From Eledone cirrhosa (taxonomy: Eukaryota): a stretch of DNA of 64,000 nucleotides. The stretch lies in the NCBI GenBank assembly GCA_964016885.1, contig OZ024747.1:8060001-8124000 (forward strand). The letters run 5' to 3'. The notes under the pieces are model-generated. The model was not told where the DNA came from, searched no databases, and saw only the letters and a program-made list of their open reading frames with translations. Of this stretch, positions 1 to 12,894 are shown piece by piece (within the stretch, counting starts at the first letter, position 1; each line of letters begins with the position of its first letter). Both the position numbers and the translations under genes were made by a program.

Positions 1-342
1 CTGTCAGTCTATCTGTCTAATTATCTCTCTGTCTGTCTGTCTGTCTGTCCATCTGTTTATCTGTTGCCTGTCTCTCACTGTCAGTCTATCTGTCTAACTA
101 TCTCTCTGTCTGTCTGTCCATCTGTTTATCTGTTGCCTGTCTCTCACTGTCAGTCTATCTGTCTAACTATCTCTCTGTCTGTCTGTCTGTCTGTCCATCT
201 GTTTATCTGTTGCCTGTCTCTCACTGTCAGTCTATCTGTCTAACTATCTCTCTGTCTGTCTGTCTGTCCATCTGTTTATCTGTTGCCTGTCTCTCACTGT
301 CAATCTATCTGTCTAACTATCTCTCTGTCATTCTATCTATCT
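1..342. repeat. TCTG/TCTA-based satellite with a ~70-78 bp higher-order unit
   Basis: Unit ctgtcagtctatctgtctaactatctctctg(tctg)n-ccatctgtttatctgttgcctgtctctca repeated about 4.5 times. Confidence 0.9.
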
Positions 343-2865
343 GTGTGCGAGGCTTTTCAAAAGCACTTTGCCGAATTGTTCGGAAGGGGTGGGGGGCCGG
401 TTGGGGACGTGGACTTCGGTCCATACCTCGACGGCCTGCCGCGTCTCTCGGACAGGGAGGGGAAGTCCTGCGAGGAGCCGATTTCAGCCGCTGAGATAGA
501 GGACGTGCTGAGCCAATGCGGCAAACGCAAATCCCCGGGTCTCGATGGTCTTCCATACGAACTATATCTAGCTATGCCGGACTTGTTCCCCGAACTCCTC
601 GAGGCGGTCTACTGCAACTGGCGACAGAACGGGAGAATTCCCTGTGCTGTGACCAAGGGCGTAGTCACGCTAGTGAGGAAGGACGAGAACAAGGGGGACG
701 ATATAAATAATTTCAGGCCCATAACTCTGCTAAATACAGAGTTACAGATTTTGGCCAAGGTGCTAGCAAAGAGGTTGGCGCTTGTCGTGGGCAACCTGGT
801 GGGAGATGCGCAGACATGTGCTATCCCGTCCAGGTCCATCCACGATAACCTCCACCTCATGCGATACGTCATAGAGAGGGTTGGGAACGAACCCGGCTTT
901 GGTGGGGCCCTGATCAACTTGGATCAATCTAAGGCATTCGATAGGGTCGACCATGGTTACCTGGATGCGGTGCTAGTGGCGGCAGGCTTCGGACCCGTTT
1001 TCAGGGGCTGGATCAATGCCATGCACAGCAGCCGCATCTGCTCTAGGGTCAAGGTGAACGGCTACCTCTCAGAGCCATTCAAAATCGGGCGGTCCATCCG
1101 ACAGGGGTGCCCTCTCTCCTCCCTTCTGTATGTAGTGATTCTAGAGCCACTGCTGCGGAAGTTGGAGTTGTTGCAGGGCATCCCGTTGGAACCGGGATTG
1201 CGGAAAGCGGTGTCAGCCTACGACGATGACGTAACAGTAATGGTGTCGACGGCCTCGGAAATCGGGGCGATCGGCACCTTACTGGAGGAGTACGAAAGGT
1301 TTACAGGGGCTAAGCTGAACCGGGACAAGTCGATCGGTCTGCAACTCGGCACGTGGAGGGGCAGATCGATGCCCTCCGATGGCGTCGTCGGGCGCTGGAC
1401 GGAGGGCCCGGTGAAATTGCTCGGGGTCTGGTTCGGACCAGACCTCCAGGTGGAGAAGAACTGGGGTGAGGTGGCGAGCAGGGTGTTTGCACTGACCCAG
1501 AAGTGGGCCGAGTGCAAACTGTCCCTGAAAGGTCGGGCGGAGGTGGCGAACACTTATATAGCGTCCGTCATCTACTACCGCCTGACCGTGGTGCCTTGCC
1601 CAAGGGAAACGCTCGCCAAAATGGAGCGCGCACTCTTCCAATTCCTTTGGAAGAGGCGGGCTCCTATGGTGAAGAGATCCATCTGCTGTCAACACCCTTC
1701 GAAAGGAGGGCTGGGGATGCCGTGGCTGATGATACGTAAACACGCATTAAGGCTACGGCACCTTCAGGTATTCCTCTCCGGTCAACCGGTGTGGTCCCCC
1801 GTTTGTGAGGCGAGCCTTTCCCAGACTCGTCTCACTCACCGAGCTGCAATCCTGGGTCAAGCAAAGACCGAGAAAACTGGGCGCCTGGCACACCGAGTGT
1901 GCCCAGGCGCTCACGGCTCTCTGGCAGGCGGACCCGGCTGTCAGTGGAGAATCCACCTCCTCATTCTATAGAGGGCTGGTGGTTAGCAGGTGCGACGACG
2001 CCCTCGGAGAAGCCCTAGGCATGGAGGAAGACGAACTGGCCAACCTGTTCGGTAGGGCATTCAGCCCGGGACCCATGGATAACTTCCAGAGGTCCCTGGC
2101 CTGGCAATGCTACAGAAGGGCTCTGCCCGTTCGAGAAAGGCTCTACAGACACGGGCGCCCGGGTAGGGACCCATCGAAAAAGGTCTGTCCCAGATGCGTG
2201 TGCGACGAGGAAACCGTTGCACACGCATTGGTACACTGCTCGGGCATTGCCGATCTGTGAGGCTATGTCAAACAACTGCTGTCAAGGGTGGGACCGATCC
2301 GGTTGACCACCGAGTCTATTGTAACGATCAAGCCACCTCCCCTCTTCAAAAACGAAGGAGAGGCGGTGTTTCTGTGCGTAATAGCCATGGCGAAAGAGGT
2401 TGTATGGTGGACGCGTCTGAAAGGACTGAGGTCAGACACCTTTCTCTCTGGCCAACAACTGGTCCGTTTCTTCCGACATCATTTCGGAAGAAGGATCAGG
2501 ATGGAGAGAGAGGTGCTGCACCCCAGCCGTTTCTATGAAAGATGGGTGAAAGTGGCGAGAATGGCCTGTGTGAATGGGCCTTCACTCTACATCAGACTAT
2601 AGGTGAGGAAGATGAAAGACCAAGGGAGCACCCCTTCTCTGTGCTCCTGAGGAGAAGGGTTGCACACTTTTTTCGGGGGTGTGTGCGACCCCCCAAGGCG
2701 CCTCCTCTCTATTGAGGACTTTGTAATAAATTTTATTTTTTGTTATATTTTATTTTATTTTTATATATTGTTATTGCCTCCTCCTTATTGAGGACGCCTT
2801 GTTTTGTAAACTCCCCCCATTGTACTTGTCCCACTTTTGATGCCCCAGTGGCAAATAAAAGAAAC
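343..2865 (+). mobile_element. 5'-truncated L1/Tx1-clade non-LTR retrotransposon (ORF2 reverse transcriptase plus C-terminal Zn motif), degenerate
   Basis: KSPGLDGLPYELY, NFRPITLLN, LDQSKAFDRVDH, IRQGCPLS and AYDDD (YADD-like) motifs; CPRC..EETVAHALVHC; frameshift near 1800 and stop at 2258-2260; ORF ends 2602; T-rich 3' UTR and AATAAA at ~2854; flanked by TC-rich microsatellite. Confidence 0.9.
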
Positions 2866-3460
2866 TTATCTATTTGTCTATCTATCAATTGTCTGTCTGT
2901 TATCTATCTCTCTATCTGTATATCTGTCTCTCTCTCTCTCTCTCTGTCTCTCTATCTGTCTATCTGTCTCTCTGTCTCTCTATCTGTATATCTGTCTTTC
3001 TGTCTCTCTGTCTCTCTATCTGTATATCTGTCTCTCTCTCTCTATCTGTCTATCTGTCTCTCTATCTGTATATCTGTCTCTCTCTCTATCTGTCTCTCTG
3101 TCTCTCTATCTGTATATCTGTCTCTCTCTCTCTATCTGTCTCTCTCTCTCTATCTGTCTATCTGTCTCTCTATCTGTATATCTGTCTCTCTCTCTATCTG
3201 TCTCTCTGTCTCTCTATCTGTATATCTGTCTCTCTCTCTCTATCTGTCTATCTGTCTCTCTATCTGTATATCTGTCTCTCTCTCTATCTGTCTCTCTGTC
3301 TCTCTATCTGTATATCTGTCTCTCTCTCTCTCTATCTGTCTCTCTGTCTCTCTATCTGTATATCTGTCTCTCTCTCTATCTGTCTCTCTGTCTCTCTATC
3401 TGTATATCTGTCTCTCTGGCTGTCTGTATGTCACTCTGTCTGTCCATCTGTCTCATCTGG
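2866..3460. repeat. Compound (TC)n/TCTA/TCTG microsatellite
   Basis: Direct inspection. Confidence 0.95.
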
Positions 3461-4289
3461 TCTCCAAGGCACCAATCATTCTGCCAATTCATCACTGTCA
3501 GTCAGTTTCATTGAATTAAGAAATATTTAACTGGTATTTTATTTAGTTCACCTCGGAGTGATATAAGACACATAAATTCCCCACTGGGAATTGAACTCAG
3601 AACATAAACAGTAACAACTCTAATTTAAGCATATAGCTACAGCTTTTGTGAGAGTATATCATCATCATCAGCATCATCATTACGTTCTAATGTCCCATTC
3701 ATCTGACGCCCTTGTGCCAAATAAATGAAACCACCACAACCATCATCATCATCATCACCACCACCGCCAACACCACCACCGCCATCATCATCTTCATCAT
3801 CATCATCCTTGTTGTTGTTATTATTATTATTTTACTGGCAACATGTTTTATGAGCTCAAAAATAGGTAGCCATATTTATAGGTCTACAAAAAAATAAAAT
3901 AAAATAAAATAAAATAAAATAAAATAAAAAGAGACACGAGGGAAAAATAAAATTAATATACTAAAATGAAAGTTTCTCCTCCAGGAAAGTTTTCAGTGTA
4001 AGTTGTAACCAGTATGCTGCAGACAAGATGGTGATCACTAAGACAAGAATTATCAGCTGCCTTGAAGAGCTTGTGGTTGCATAAAGTCAAGATATTTCAT
4101 CACCATCACCATCATCATCATTATCATCATCATTGAACTGTCTCCAGTACAGTTTCCCTCTACTCATTATATTTCTTTGACATCTCTTTGAGGTTCAAAG
4201 TTTTGAGTCTAGTTCTCATCATTTTTGGCCATGTTTTCCTTTGTCATTGAAAAGCAGATGAAAGAAGGATGATATATATATATATAATA

Positions 4290-4418
4290 GGTAGATTCCC
4301 CGGGGGGGGGGGGGGGGGATCGGGAGGTGATCACAGTTAAATAAGGTACTCAATACTTTGGTAGAGTATCATCTTTATTTTATATAGAAATATTTTCTAT
4401 AGAACTAGAACTGTTTCA
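4290..4418 (-). mobile_element. Short (TA)n-flanked insert, probable PLE pseudo-LTR 3' fragment
   Basis: Shares gtactcaatact with the 12368 and 61831 inserts; on the minus strand it begins at GAAACAG. Confidence 0.4.
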
Positions 4419-4441
4419 TATATATATATATATATATATAT

Positions 4442-4797
4442 CTAAGGCGGGTAAAATTCCCGAGATCCATGGACGAGTTCTCTCCAGCGGTCTCTGTCCC
4501 TCATTATCGCTGCCATATCCTGCATCTCCAACAGACCAGTGTCTGTCCTTAGGGCATCAACATATGTTAACCTTGGTCTTCCTCTTCTAGTGTGTCCATG
4601 TAGGGGCTCCCAAAGGAGCACTGAGTGCAATGTCAACTCTGGATGTCGGTGAGCATGTCCAGCCAACCTCAGTCTTCTCTGTGTCACTTTTGAGCTGACT
4701 TTTGGGATGCTCCCATACAGCTCTGAGTTTTTCATCCTCAGTGTATACTGATTAATGTTCAGAGCCATCCTCAGCATTCTCGTGTAGCACCCATCCA
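4442..4797 (-). mobile_element. 3' fragment of an RTE-type LINE ORF
   Basis: RRLRLAGHAHRH..LLWEP..RRGRPRLTYVD..DRDRWR; the stop codon abuts (TA)n. Confidence 0.8.
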
Positions 4798-4800
4798 AAA

Positions 4801-5940
4801 TATATCCAAAATTAATTAAATTAAATTAAATTAAGGGAGTCATGTCTGAGACATGCGCCATATCCACCGTAGAATAAGCTCAAAGATTCCAATGAATAGA
4901 TCCAAGCATTTTATATCAACTAGAAATTGATTGACATATATATATTTAAAATAAACACATGAAACAATCACAGGGGATAATTTGTAAAGTGTGTAATCAC
5001 ACATAGCTAGGTAGGTAACTAATTAAAGTTTAACTAGAGCTTCAAATATTACCTTTTAAAAAATGATTAATCTTCCTTGTATATATTTCATTAAAGAAAT
5101 ATATTTCACCATTAATCCGTAAAGTCACAGTAGTTAAATCTTGGATCATCAGCAAGGAGGAAGAAATAACTGTCTGTGTTTACACATCAAATGCAAATCT
5201 GTGAGTGACCCATCGCACGTGTTGTAATTCTAAAGCTACTAACAACATGCTAGCGTCACCCCAGTAGCGTGAATAGGGTGATCGACAGCTATAAATAGCA
5301 GCCGAGTCCTTTCAACTGAGTTACCTCTACAATTAAGGAGCCGTGTATATATTCAAAATTAATTTAATTAAATTCTAGTTGATATAAAATGCTCGGATCT
5401 ATTCATTGGAATCTTTGAGCTTATTCTACGGTGGACATGGTGCATGTCTCAGACATAACTCCCTTAATTTAATTTAATTAAATTAAATTTTGGATATATA
5501 CACGGCTCCTTAATTGTAGAGCTAACTCAGTTGAAAGGACTCGGCTGCTATTTATAGCTGTCGATCACCCTATTCCCGCCACTGGGATGACACTAGCATG
5601 TTGTTAGTAGTTTTAGAATTGCAACACGTGCGATGGGTCACTCACAGATTTACATTTGATGTGTAAACACAGATAGTTAAATCTTCTCCCTTGCTGAAGA
5701 TCCCAGATTTAACTACTGTGACTTTACGGATTAATGGTGAAATATATTTCTTTAATGAAATATATACAAGGAAGATTAATCATTTTTTAAAAGGTAATAT
5801 TTGAAGCTCTAGTTAAACTTTAATTAGTTACCTACCTAGCTATGTGTGATTACACACTTTACAAATTATCCCCTGTGATTGTTTAATGTGTTTATTTTAT
5901 ATATATATATATATGTCAATCAATTTCTAGTTGATATATA
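4801..5940. repeat. ~1.1 kb fold-back of a ~547-bp circularly permuted non-coding unit (PLE/retrozyme-like)
   Basis: 4801-4925 is inverted at 5373-5500; 4912-5350 is inverted at 5495-5937; the unit start recurs at 5348. Confidence 0.85.
5689..5771 (+). ncRNA. Putative minimal type I hammerhead ribozyme (mirror copy on - strand at 5075-5157)
   Basis: CCTTG-CTGAAGA-(56 nt)-GAAATATATA-CAAGG; the mirror copy has CTGATGA; stem II is long and irregular. Confidence 0.55.
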
Positions 5941-5947
5941 TATATAT

Positions 5948-6230
5948 CATCATCATCACCGTTTTACGTCCGTTCTTCCACGCTAGCATGGGTTAGACAG
6001 GTTGTCCTGTTGTGGGCAGTGTCCAGTCGGATGACCTTGTCTTGCTCATACACGAACTGATTCTGGCTTGATTTCTACAGCTGGATGCCCTTCCTAACAC
6101 CAACCTCATTTACAGTGAGTGCTGGGTGCTTTTTTTCTGTGGCACCTCCACGTCCACTTTATAGTGTGGGCTGGGTGCTGCTTTGCCATGGCACCTCCAC
6201 GACCAGTTTGAAGTGGGAGGGGGTGGGGGC
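5948..6230 (-). mobile_element. SINE with RTE-like 3' tail ending in (GAT)n
   Basis: ggtgttaggaagggcatccagctgtagaaa motif plus acccatgctagc..ggacgtaaaacggtgatgatg tail; related copies at ~19445, 20365, 43300, 48525, 62170 and 62700. Confidence 0.8.
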
Positions 6231-6262
6231 ATATTGTCTATATGCTTCAGCTTCGGCTTGTT

Positions 6263-6452
6263 CCTGTGGGATATAAGGAAGACCATGAAAAACATGGGCG
6301 GAGGTGATGAGAGCAGACCTCAGATTGCTGAAGCTCACGGAGGAGATGACGAAGGACTGTGAGAAGTGGAGAGATGCTGTGCTGAATAGGACCCGTCCCA
6401 TCCATGCAAGCAGGGAGAAGTGGACGTAAAATGATGATGATGATGATGATAT
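6263..6452 (+). mobile_element. RTE LINE 3' end with (GAT)n tail
   Basis: GRPxKTWAEVMRADLRLLKLTEEMTKDCEKWR, close match to the 3' end of the element at 43810-44020. Confidence 0.85.
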
Positions 6453-6545
6453 ATGAAAAGATTCAGAACCTCAACGGCTGAGCTTCGGCCGTTTCAACAG
6501 CTAGACATGAATGTATCTAGCTGGTTCAATTCCTCATACCACCAA

Positions 6546-6806
6546 CACTACCACTTTACAGGGTGGTCGGGGTGCATTTTATCATGGCACTCACGCTACC
6601 ACTTTACAGGGTGGTCGGGGTGCATTTTATCATGGCACTCACGCTACCACTTTACAGGGTGGTCGGGGTGCATTTTATCATGGCACTCACACTACAACTT
6701 TACAGGGTGGTCGGGGTGCATTTTATCATGGCACTCACGCTACAACTTTACAGGGTGGTCGGGGTGCATTTTATCATGGCACTCACGCTACAACTTTACA
6801 GGGTGG
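6546..6806. repeat. 48-bp minisatellite, about 5.5 copies
   Basis: Unit ctaccactttacagggtggtcggggtgcattttatcatggcactcacg. Confidence 0.95.
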
Positions 6807-6861
6807 ATTATTAGGATAGTCATTTATTTTGGATGATTACATTACAAATATATATATATAT

Positions 6862-6987
<126 letters not shown>

Positions 6988-7544
6988 TAAATAGATATAG
7001 ATATATATATATTTTATTTAGAGAGATTTAGATACACTCTTTGATATACAGCACAAGAGACCCCCCCCATTTGCTTTTCTAATGGAAAAGGAGCATAGGT
7101 GATTAACCGAATGTCAAGCCTTGGTGTATTTAAGATCCTATATAATTTATCATCTCCAAGAATGCAGAGTGGGTAAATGGTATAGGACAGTATGAAGCTT
7201 AGAAATATTTGATATTTTGGAAATGGAAGTCCCCAGAATCCACTCATCTGATATAAAATTTAATTTGACACAGAAAGCATTAAGTCATCATCATTCTGTG
7301 TCTAGATGTTATGTTATTTAGATGTATGGGATGCTATTAAGGAAGAAGGAAACAAGCCATCCAACAGATACAATCTGCTATATCTCTGCATGTGAAAATT
7401 TAGAGAGATATATCATTACCTGTGTGACAAGTACATTGGTCTCTTTACCGTTCCAATGTGACCACAGTTACAAATGCATATCTAACAGTTTTGTACATTC
7501 ATATTCATGCAAGAAACACTCCAAGACTTCCATCTTTGTGACCT

Positions 7545-7930
7545 GAACTTTACTGATGATATTGACCTGTTAAAAAGCAGGGAAGCAGAACTCCAGGAGC
7601 TCCCCACCAGACTATGGAGAGTGTCAAAAGCATAAAGAATAGATATCAGTTCAGAAAAAAAGCAGGATTCTACATAATAGCCATAACCAGAATACCACAA
7701 CCAGGATCATATTGAACAAAAGAAAGCTTGAAGAAGTAGACACCTTCAAGTACTTAGGATCTACTTTGTCCAAGGAGATGATAACAAGACCCTGCTTCAC
7801 CTCTTCTGTCATGATGAAGCTCAACATTATATGGAATAGCAACTCTATTAGTTTTCCAACGAGGTTCAAGTTGTGCAAGTCTCTGGTGACTTAATCCTTT
7901 TGTGTAGGTGCAAGAGTTGGACTCTTACAA
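7545..7930 (+). mobile_element. Degraded RTE-type RT fragment
   Basis: FTDDIDLL..., LEEVDTFKYLGSTL and IWNSNSISFPTRFKLCKSLV remnants. Confidence 0.65.
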
Positions 7931-8384
7931 TTGACATACTTTTTTCCAAGTTATGTGCTCCATTTTCCCAAATAAGATTATTTAAACTTATAGTACTGTA
8001 ATTTGATGAACCTGATTTTTAACACATCTTCCTCTAACCCCTCTAAGAAAATTGTTAAGCCTGTATTGTCTGCTAAATGGTCCACCCTCAATTTTGTCAA
8101 CTCATGTGATAGGTCATAACACTGCCTGTAATTTTTCAAATTATTTTGAAAAATGATCAAGAATTTGGCATGATTTAGTAAAATAAATATGATAATGAAG
8201 GAATTAAACTTTTCATTACCATATTTCTAATGAAATGCACTCCTTATTTGTTTCAATTAACTTTTGAAATAATAAAACAATTGGAAGAATTCGATAAGTA
8301 AATTTTTCATTAGTATGCTGATTTTTGGATCATTTCTTAAAAATTTCTTAAATAAAATTATGATGGATGATTTTAATATAAATA

Positions 8385-8550
8385 CCGTATTTCCTGGCAT
8401 TGAAACGCTACTTTTTTCCTAAAATAAGTCTCAAAAATCTACCATGCGTCCTGGAGGCGAAAGTTGTTTATTATTCTTTTTCAAATTTTTGGTTATCAAA
8501 ATTAGGGTGTGTCCTCGAGGACGAAGTGTCTTCAGTGCTGGGAAATACGG
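8385..8550. mobile_element. pogo/Tigger-like MITE
   Basis: Imperfect ~22-bp TIRs ccgtatttcctggcattgaa / ttcagtgctgggaaatacgg; TA on the left, CA on the right. Confidence 0.75.
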
Positions 8551-9895
8551 CATGTACATTTAAAAAATGAGCAGATTTGTATCAGAGGAGTGGTATCAAA
8601 AGAGCTTAAGCAATGATCAGTGATGAAAAACACAAAATGCTAGAAGACGAAATTGTATGAATGACATCAACTAAGTTCACCTAATTCCAAAAGTGAACTA
8701 CTGCTAATGTCTATGGAATCAGCAACCATTGATGTCATTCAAACAACAAAAGATTTAAAAACCGAGCAAGCTTGACTCGCTCAATGATGGTGAGTATCAT
8801 CAAACACATTTCAGCCATAAATATCTGAACTTCTTTTCCTCCATCGTAGACTACATTATCCAATATGTTCTTTTTTTAAGTTGATAAGGTATGATTTGAA
8901 GTAGATATGCCTGTTATTTCTAGCAGGTCACACAAAACCAGAGAGGTATTGGATATTATTTGAAAGAGATTTGACTGCTATCTCTAGCAGATTGAGCAAC
9001 CATGTAGAAGCTCTCTTACTGGTTCAAAATAATACCAGTTGTTAGTTATGTATGAGACTTGTAGAGTGAATCTACTTTGCCTAGAGGTATAATGTAATGG
9101 CTATATTTCAGTTTGAAATCTTAACTATTTTAGCAGTAGCCCAATACTCTAATTTTACAGTTATTGTGCCTTAATTATTACAATTATATCCATTTCAAAG
9201 CCAAATCCTATGATAGCTTCATCCTTTCTAGCAATCTTTTTAAGATCTGCCTCACCTGACTATCAACTTAAGGAAGTATGCAATTTTCAATAAATCTATT
9301 AATACAGAATCTGTTCAATACATTTCTTTTTTTCTCCTTTACTTTTATTGCTGTTAGCATCTTCTTTCTCTATATCTACCACTATATCTATCTATATCTC
9401 TATGTCTATATATATTTCTATACTTATCTTTATATCTATAGCTATCTCTATCCCTATCTATTTCTTTCTTCTTACATACCTGATTTCCTAAAAAAGACAT
9501 TCCCTTACCCACATTCCATCACTCCCTAACTTCTAGATAGATATCACTTTTGAAATCTAAGACTTCATTATACCTCCATACATACAAACCATTCTCCTAG
9601 GCATGCAGAAATAACATTCTGCTCAGATACATATATAAAATTAGTCAATAAATTCATGATACTTTACAGGCCACATTTGGATTGATTAACTCTTAACATC
9701 CTGTACCACATCAGATAGCATTAGCATGACATTCTCAAAAAGTACAGAACAGTACTATGGCTGTATTACAGTAAAATTCTATTTCAATTATTTTCTCTAA
9801 TGCAGCAATTTTTTCACTTGTTTAGAGTCCAAGAATCTGAGATAAACTCTATCTTCATCCAACCCTTGCAAGGAGAAACAGACATAATCAAGAAG

Positions 9896-10235
9896 TTAAC
9901 CCTTTTGATGCCAAACTGTCTGAAACAATCCATGACTTTATGATATAAATCTGTATATTTTAAAGTGTTTATATTTATCTCAAAACTTACCATTATCATT
10001 TTTTGTTAGAACCTTTGTTAAGTTATGTCCCAAACACCATCGTAATTATGAGGAAGTTAGATATATTATTAAAACAGTTTATAATATATTGAGTGGGTGG
10101 GGGTTCTTCTCTGAAGACCTGCTGTCCAGCTCTTCTGCCACTTATTAAAACAGTCAAAGTTTGTGATTATTTTCAAAATTATTTGAAAATCATAGGCAGT
10201 ATCTTAGATTAGAAATATGGTAATAGAAGAGTTAA
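9896..10235. mobile_element. TTAA-flanked MITE (piggyBac-like ends), family 2
   Basis: ttaacccttttgatgcc...atatggtaatagaagagttaa; related copies at ~17469-17723, 19035-19292, 38338-38578, 50875-51105, 55135-55400 and 63072-63332. Confidence 0.65.
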
Positions 10236-11899
10236 ATCAAACCTAATTTCATGAACAACAACCCATAGTTCATGATAATATATAGAGCTCCATCTTCGGT
10301 CCAATTCTAATTTAGCAGTTTTACTCCGTTGGCTTTATTTCACAGCATGTATTCTTCTCATTTCTCATTTAACAGAGCCTTTCCTTCTTCAACATTTTAT
10401 GTTTTTGTATTTGTTTGGTTCATTATGCAACTCGTTAAATCATGCAGAAGATTTTGCTTTTTTTAAAATATTATTAATTTTTACAATGGTGGACATTAGA
10501 CTTAGAACTTGTCAACCAGAGAAAACATGTTGGTAACAACACACACACATCATTGCTTAAGGCTCTCTACATTGTTTTATATTATACTAACAACTTGAAT
10601 GTTATATGTTAGAATAGAATGAGCTGTATTTTCTTTTTTATAGATTCTTATCTACATTGAATAACCCTTTTGATATTAACTCAGTAAAAACTGGTTCTGG
10701 TTCTATTAAAGAAAATCACCATTTTAAGGGGGTCCTATCTTAAATTAAAATCTTCCAACATAATTTTTTTTTAGAAGAACCATATACCAAGTTAATGAAA
10801 TAATTTATAATTTGAGTAAATTCCTTAAAATTCTTTATTAACCCTTCAAACCGACCTGGCCAAAACTGGCTCACATTTTGGGGGTTAATTGGTTTGTTAA
10901 TCAGGATAAGTTTGGATTAGCCACTCTCCTCACAGACACACCAGGATGCTTATAATGTCTACTTATGGTCCTACATTTTACAGAGTGTACTGGGTGCATT
11001 TTATTATAGCACCAGCACTAGGGAAGTTGTCATGCCTTTGACACAACTGACGGGTCATCTCATATATGACAGGCTTCCTACAGTTTTTGTTTAACAAAAT
11101 TCACTCACAGGGTCTATAGTAATAGACACTTGTCCAAGTTTCCACTCAGTAGGGCCAGACCCTGAAACCATGTGATTCTGAAGAAAACTTCTTAACCATG
11201 CAGCCATGCTTGTACTTTTGTTACAAATCAATATTTTGCAGTGGAATTGTGAGAATGACCAGGTTGCAGATAGTTTGATGAACAATTTGATACCAAGAAA
11301 TATGTGGTGAATATAAAGTAAAGTTAACAATTTTTGTCTGTTTTTAAATGAACAAAATGTCTCTTCTATGAAGTAATTGGTTTAGTTCAACACATGGTCT
11401 CAGATCAAGTTACTTCCCAGACAAGTACAATTTTGAAATATTTTGTTTTTTAGAAAAGTAAATGAAAAAACAAAAAAACAAAACAAAACAAAAAAAAATT
11501 CTACACAATCTTAGATTTTTGTATCCATCTGTAAATCTATTCCACCCATTCTTACTAATGCTGTAAAACCATGGTTCTATGATTCTACACTTCACCTAAA
11601 AGGCTTATCTTCTATGTTCCTCTGTATTAAAACATATTTCAATGAAATATAGCTAAGATTCCATTCATACCATTTCTGCACTTTTAAAACCATATTCAAT
11701 GGATGCTATGTCATTTCTGAATGCTTTAATTCTCATTCATAATTGAAAACAGCGTAACCTAGGGGACCAAAGTGTTTGATTAATATTTTCTTTAATATTG
11801 CAGAAAAAAGTACATTATACAGAATTCAATTTGAAAAATAAATCTATTCAATATAATCCATCTATTTACATCTCATTTTTTTTTCTTTCCAAGATTATG

Positions 11900-12101
11900 T
11901 GTGTATGTGTGAATGTGTGTGTGTGTGCATGAGCGTGTGTGAGTGGGCGTGGACACACACACATATATATAGAGTCATTGGCATGTGTGTCTATATACAT
12001 ATACACACATATAAACATATATACAGATATATGTATATATTTATGTATATATATATAAATATATACATATATATGTATATATTTATGTATATATATATAA
12101 A

Positions 12102-12144
<43 letters not shown>

Positions 12145-12367
12145 GTATATATATATATATTTATGTATGCATATATATATACATATATATGTATATATAT
12201 AAATACATGTATAAATATAAATATGTATATATATAAATATGTATATATATAAATATGTATATATATATAAATATATACATGCATATATATAAATATAAAT
12301 CTATATATGTATATATATTAATATATATATTAATATATATTCATATATATATATATATATATATATA
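11900..12367. repeat. (TG)n/(TA)n-rich microsatellite
   Basis: Direct inspection. Confidence 0.9.
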
Positions 12368-12560
12368 ACGAAGGAAATGTGGTAAGGAACCAGGTGGACC
12401 ATAACGCACCAAAGTACTCAATACTTAGGGTAGTAGAGTGGGTAATAGGAACGAGTAGGACCCCGACGGCTGAGCTCAAGCCGTTTCGACGGCTAATTCA
12501 GTCCAGAATTAGCCGTCGAAACGGCTTGAGCTCAGCCGTCTGGGTCCTACTCGTTCCTAT
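12368..12560 (-). mobile_element. (TA)n-inserted PLE pLTR-like fragment with a 55-bp fold-back and a hammerhead 3' half
   Basis: Arms 12445-12499 / 12506-12560; GAAAC-GGCT-TGAGCTC-AGCC-GTC; same family at ~6455-6525, 20290-20351 and 61831-61983. Confidence 0.75.
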
Positions 12561-12644
12561 ATATATATATATATATATGTGTTAAGTATTTCCATAGAAA
12601 AGGTAAAGGAAAGAAGAGTACTCTATGTATAGTACAGAGCTAGA

Positions 12645-12894
12645 TAATTACATAATAAACACCACAATATAATTATTCCATTACCCAAGGTTTCACGAAG
12701 TTAAACGATTCTAACAGAAACATCTGATATCATTCATCAGATAGAAATCTTTATTTTGGATATAAGGCTTATATCCAAAATAAAGATTTCTATCTGATGT
12801 GATGAGTGATATCAGAGGTTTCTGCTAGAATCGTTTAACTCACGAAACCTTGGGTAATGGAATAATTATATTGTGTTGTTTATTATATAATTAA
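12645..12894. repeat. ~120-bp-arm palindrome with 1-nt spacer, between (TA)n tracts
   Basis: Centre ggatataag-g-cttatatcc at 12758-12776. Confidence 0.9.
12676..12746 (-). ncRNA. Putative minimal type I hammerhead ribozyme
   Basis: TTCTAT-CTGATGA-ATG...CGT-GAAAC-CTTGG-GTA-ATGGAA; stem I pairs 6/6 including one G-U. Confidence 0.65.

Noticed and set aside
2740-3530. Long Ser/Leu-rich ORFs (and the Tyr-Ile ORFs at ~11900, 21134, 27693 and 48423-49366)
   Set aside because: Translations of microsatellites
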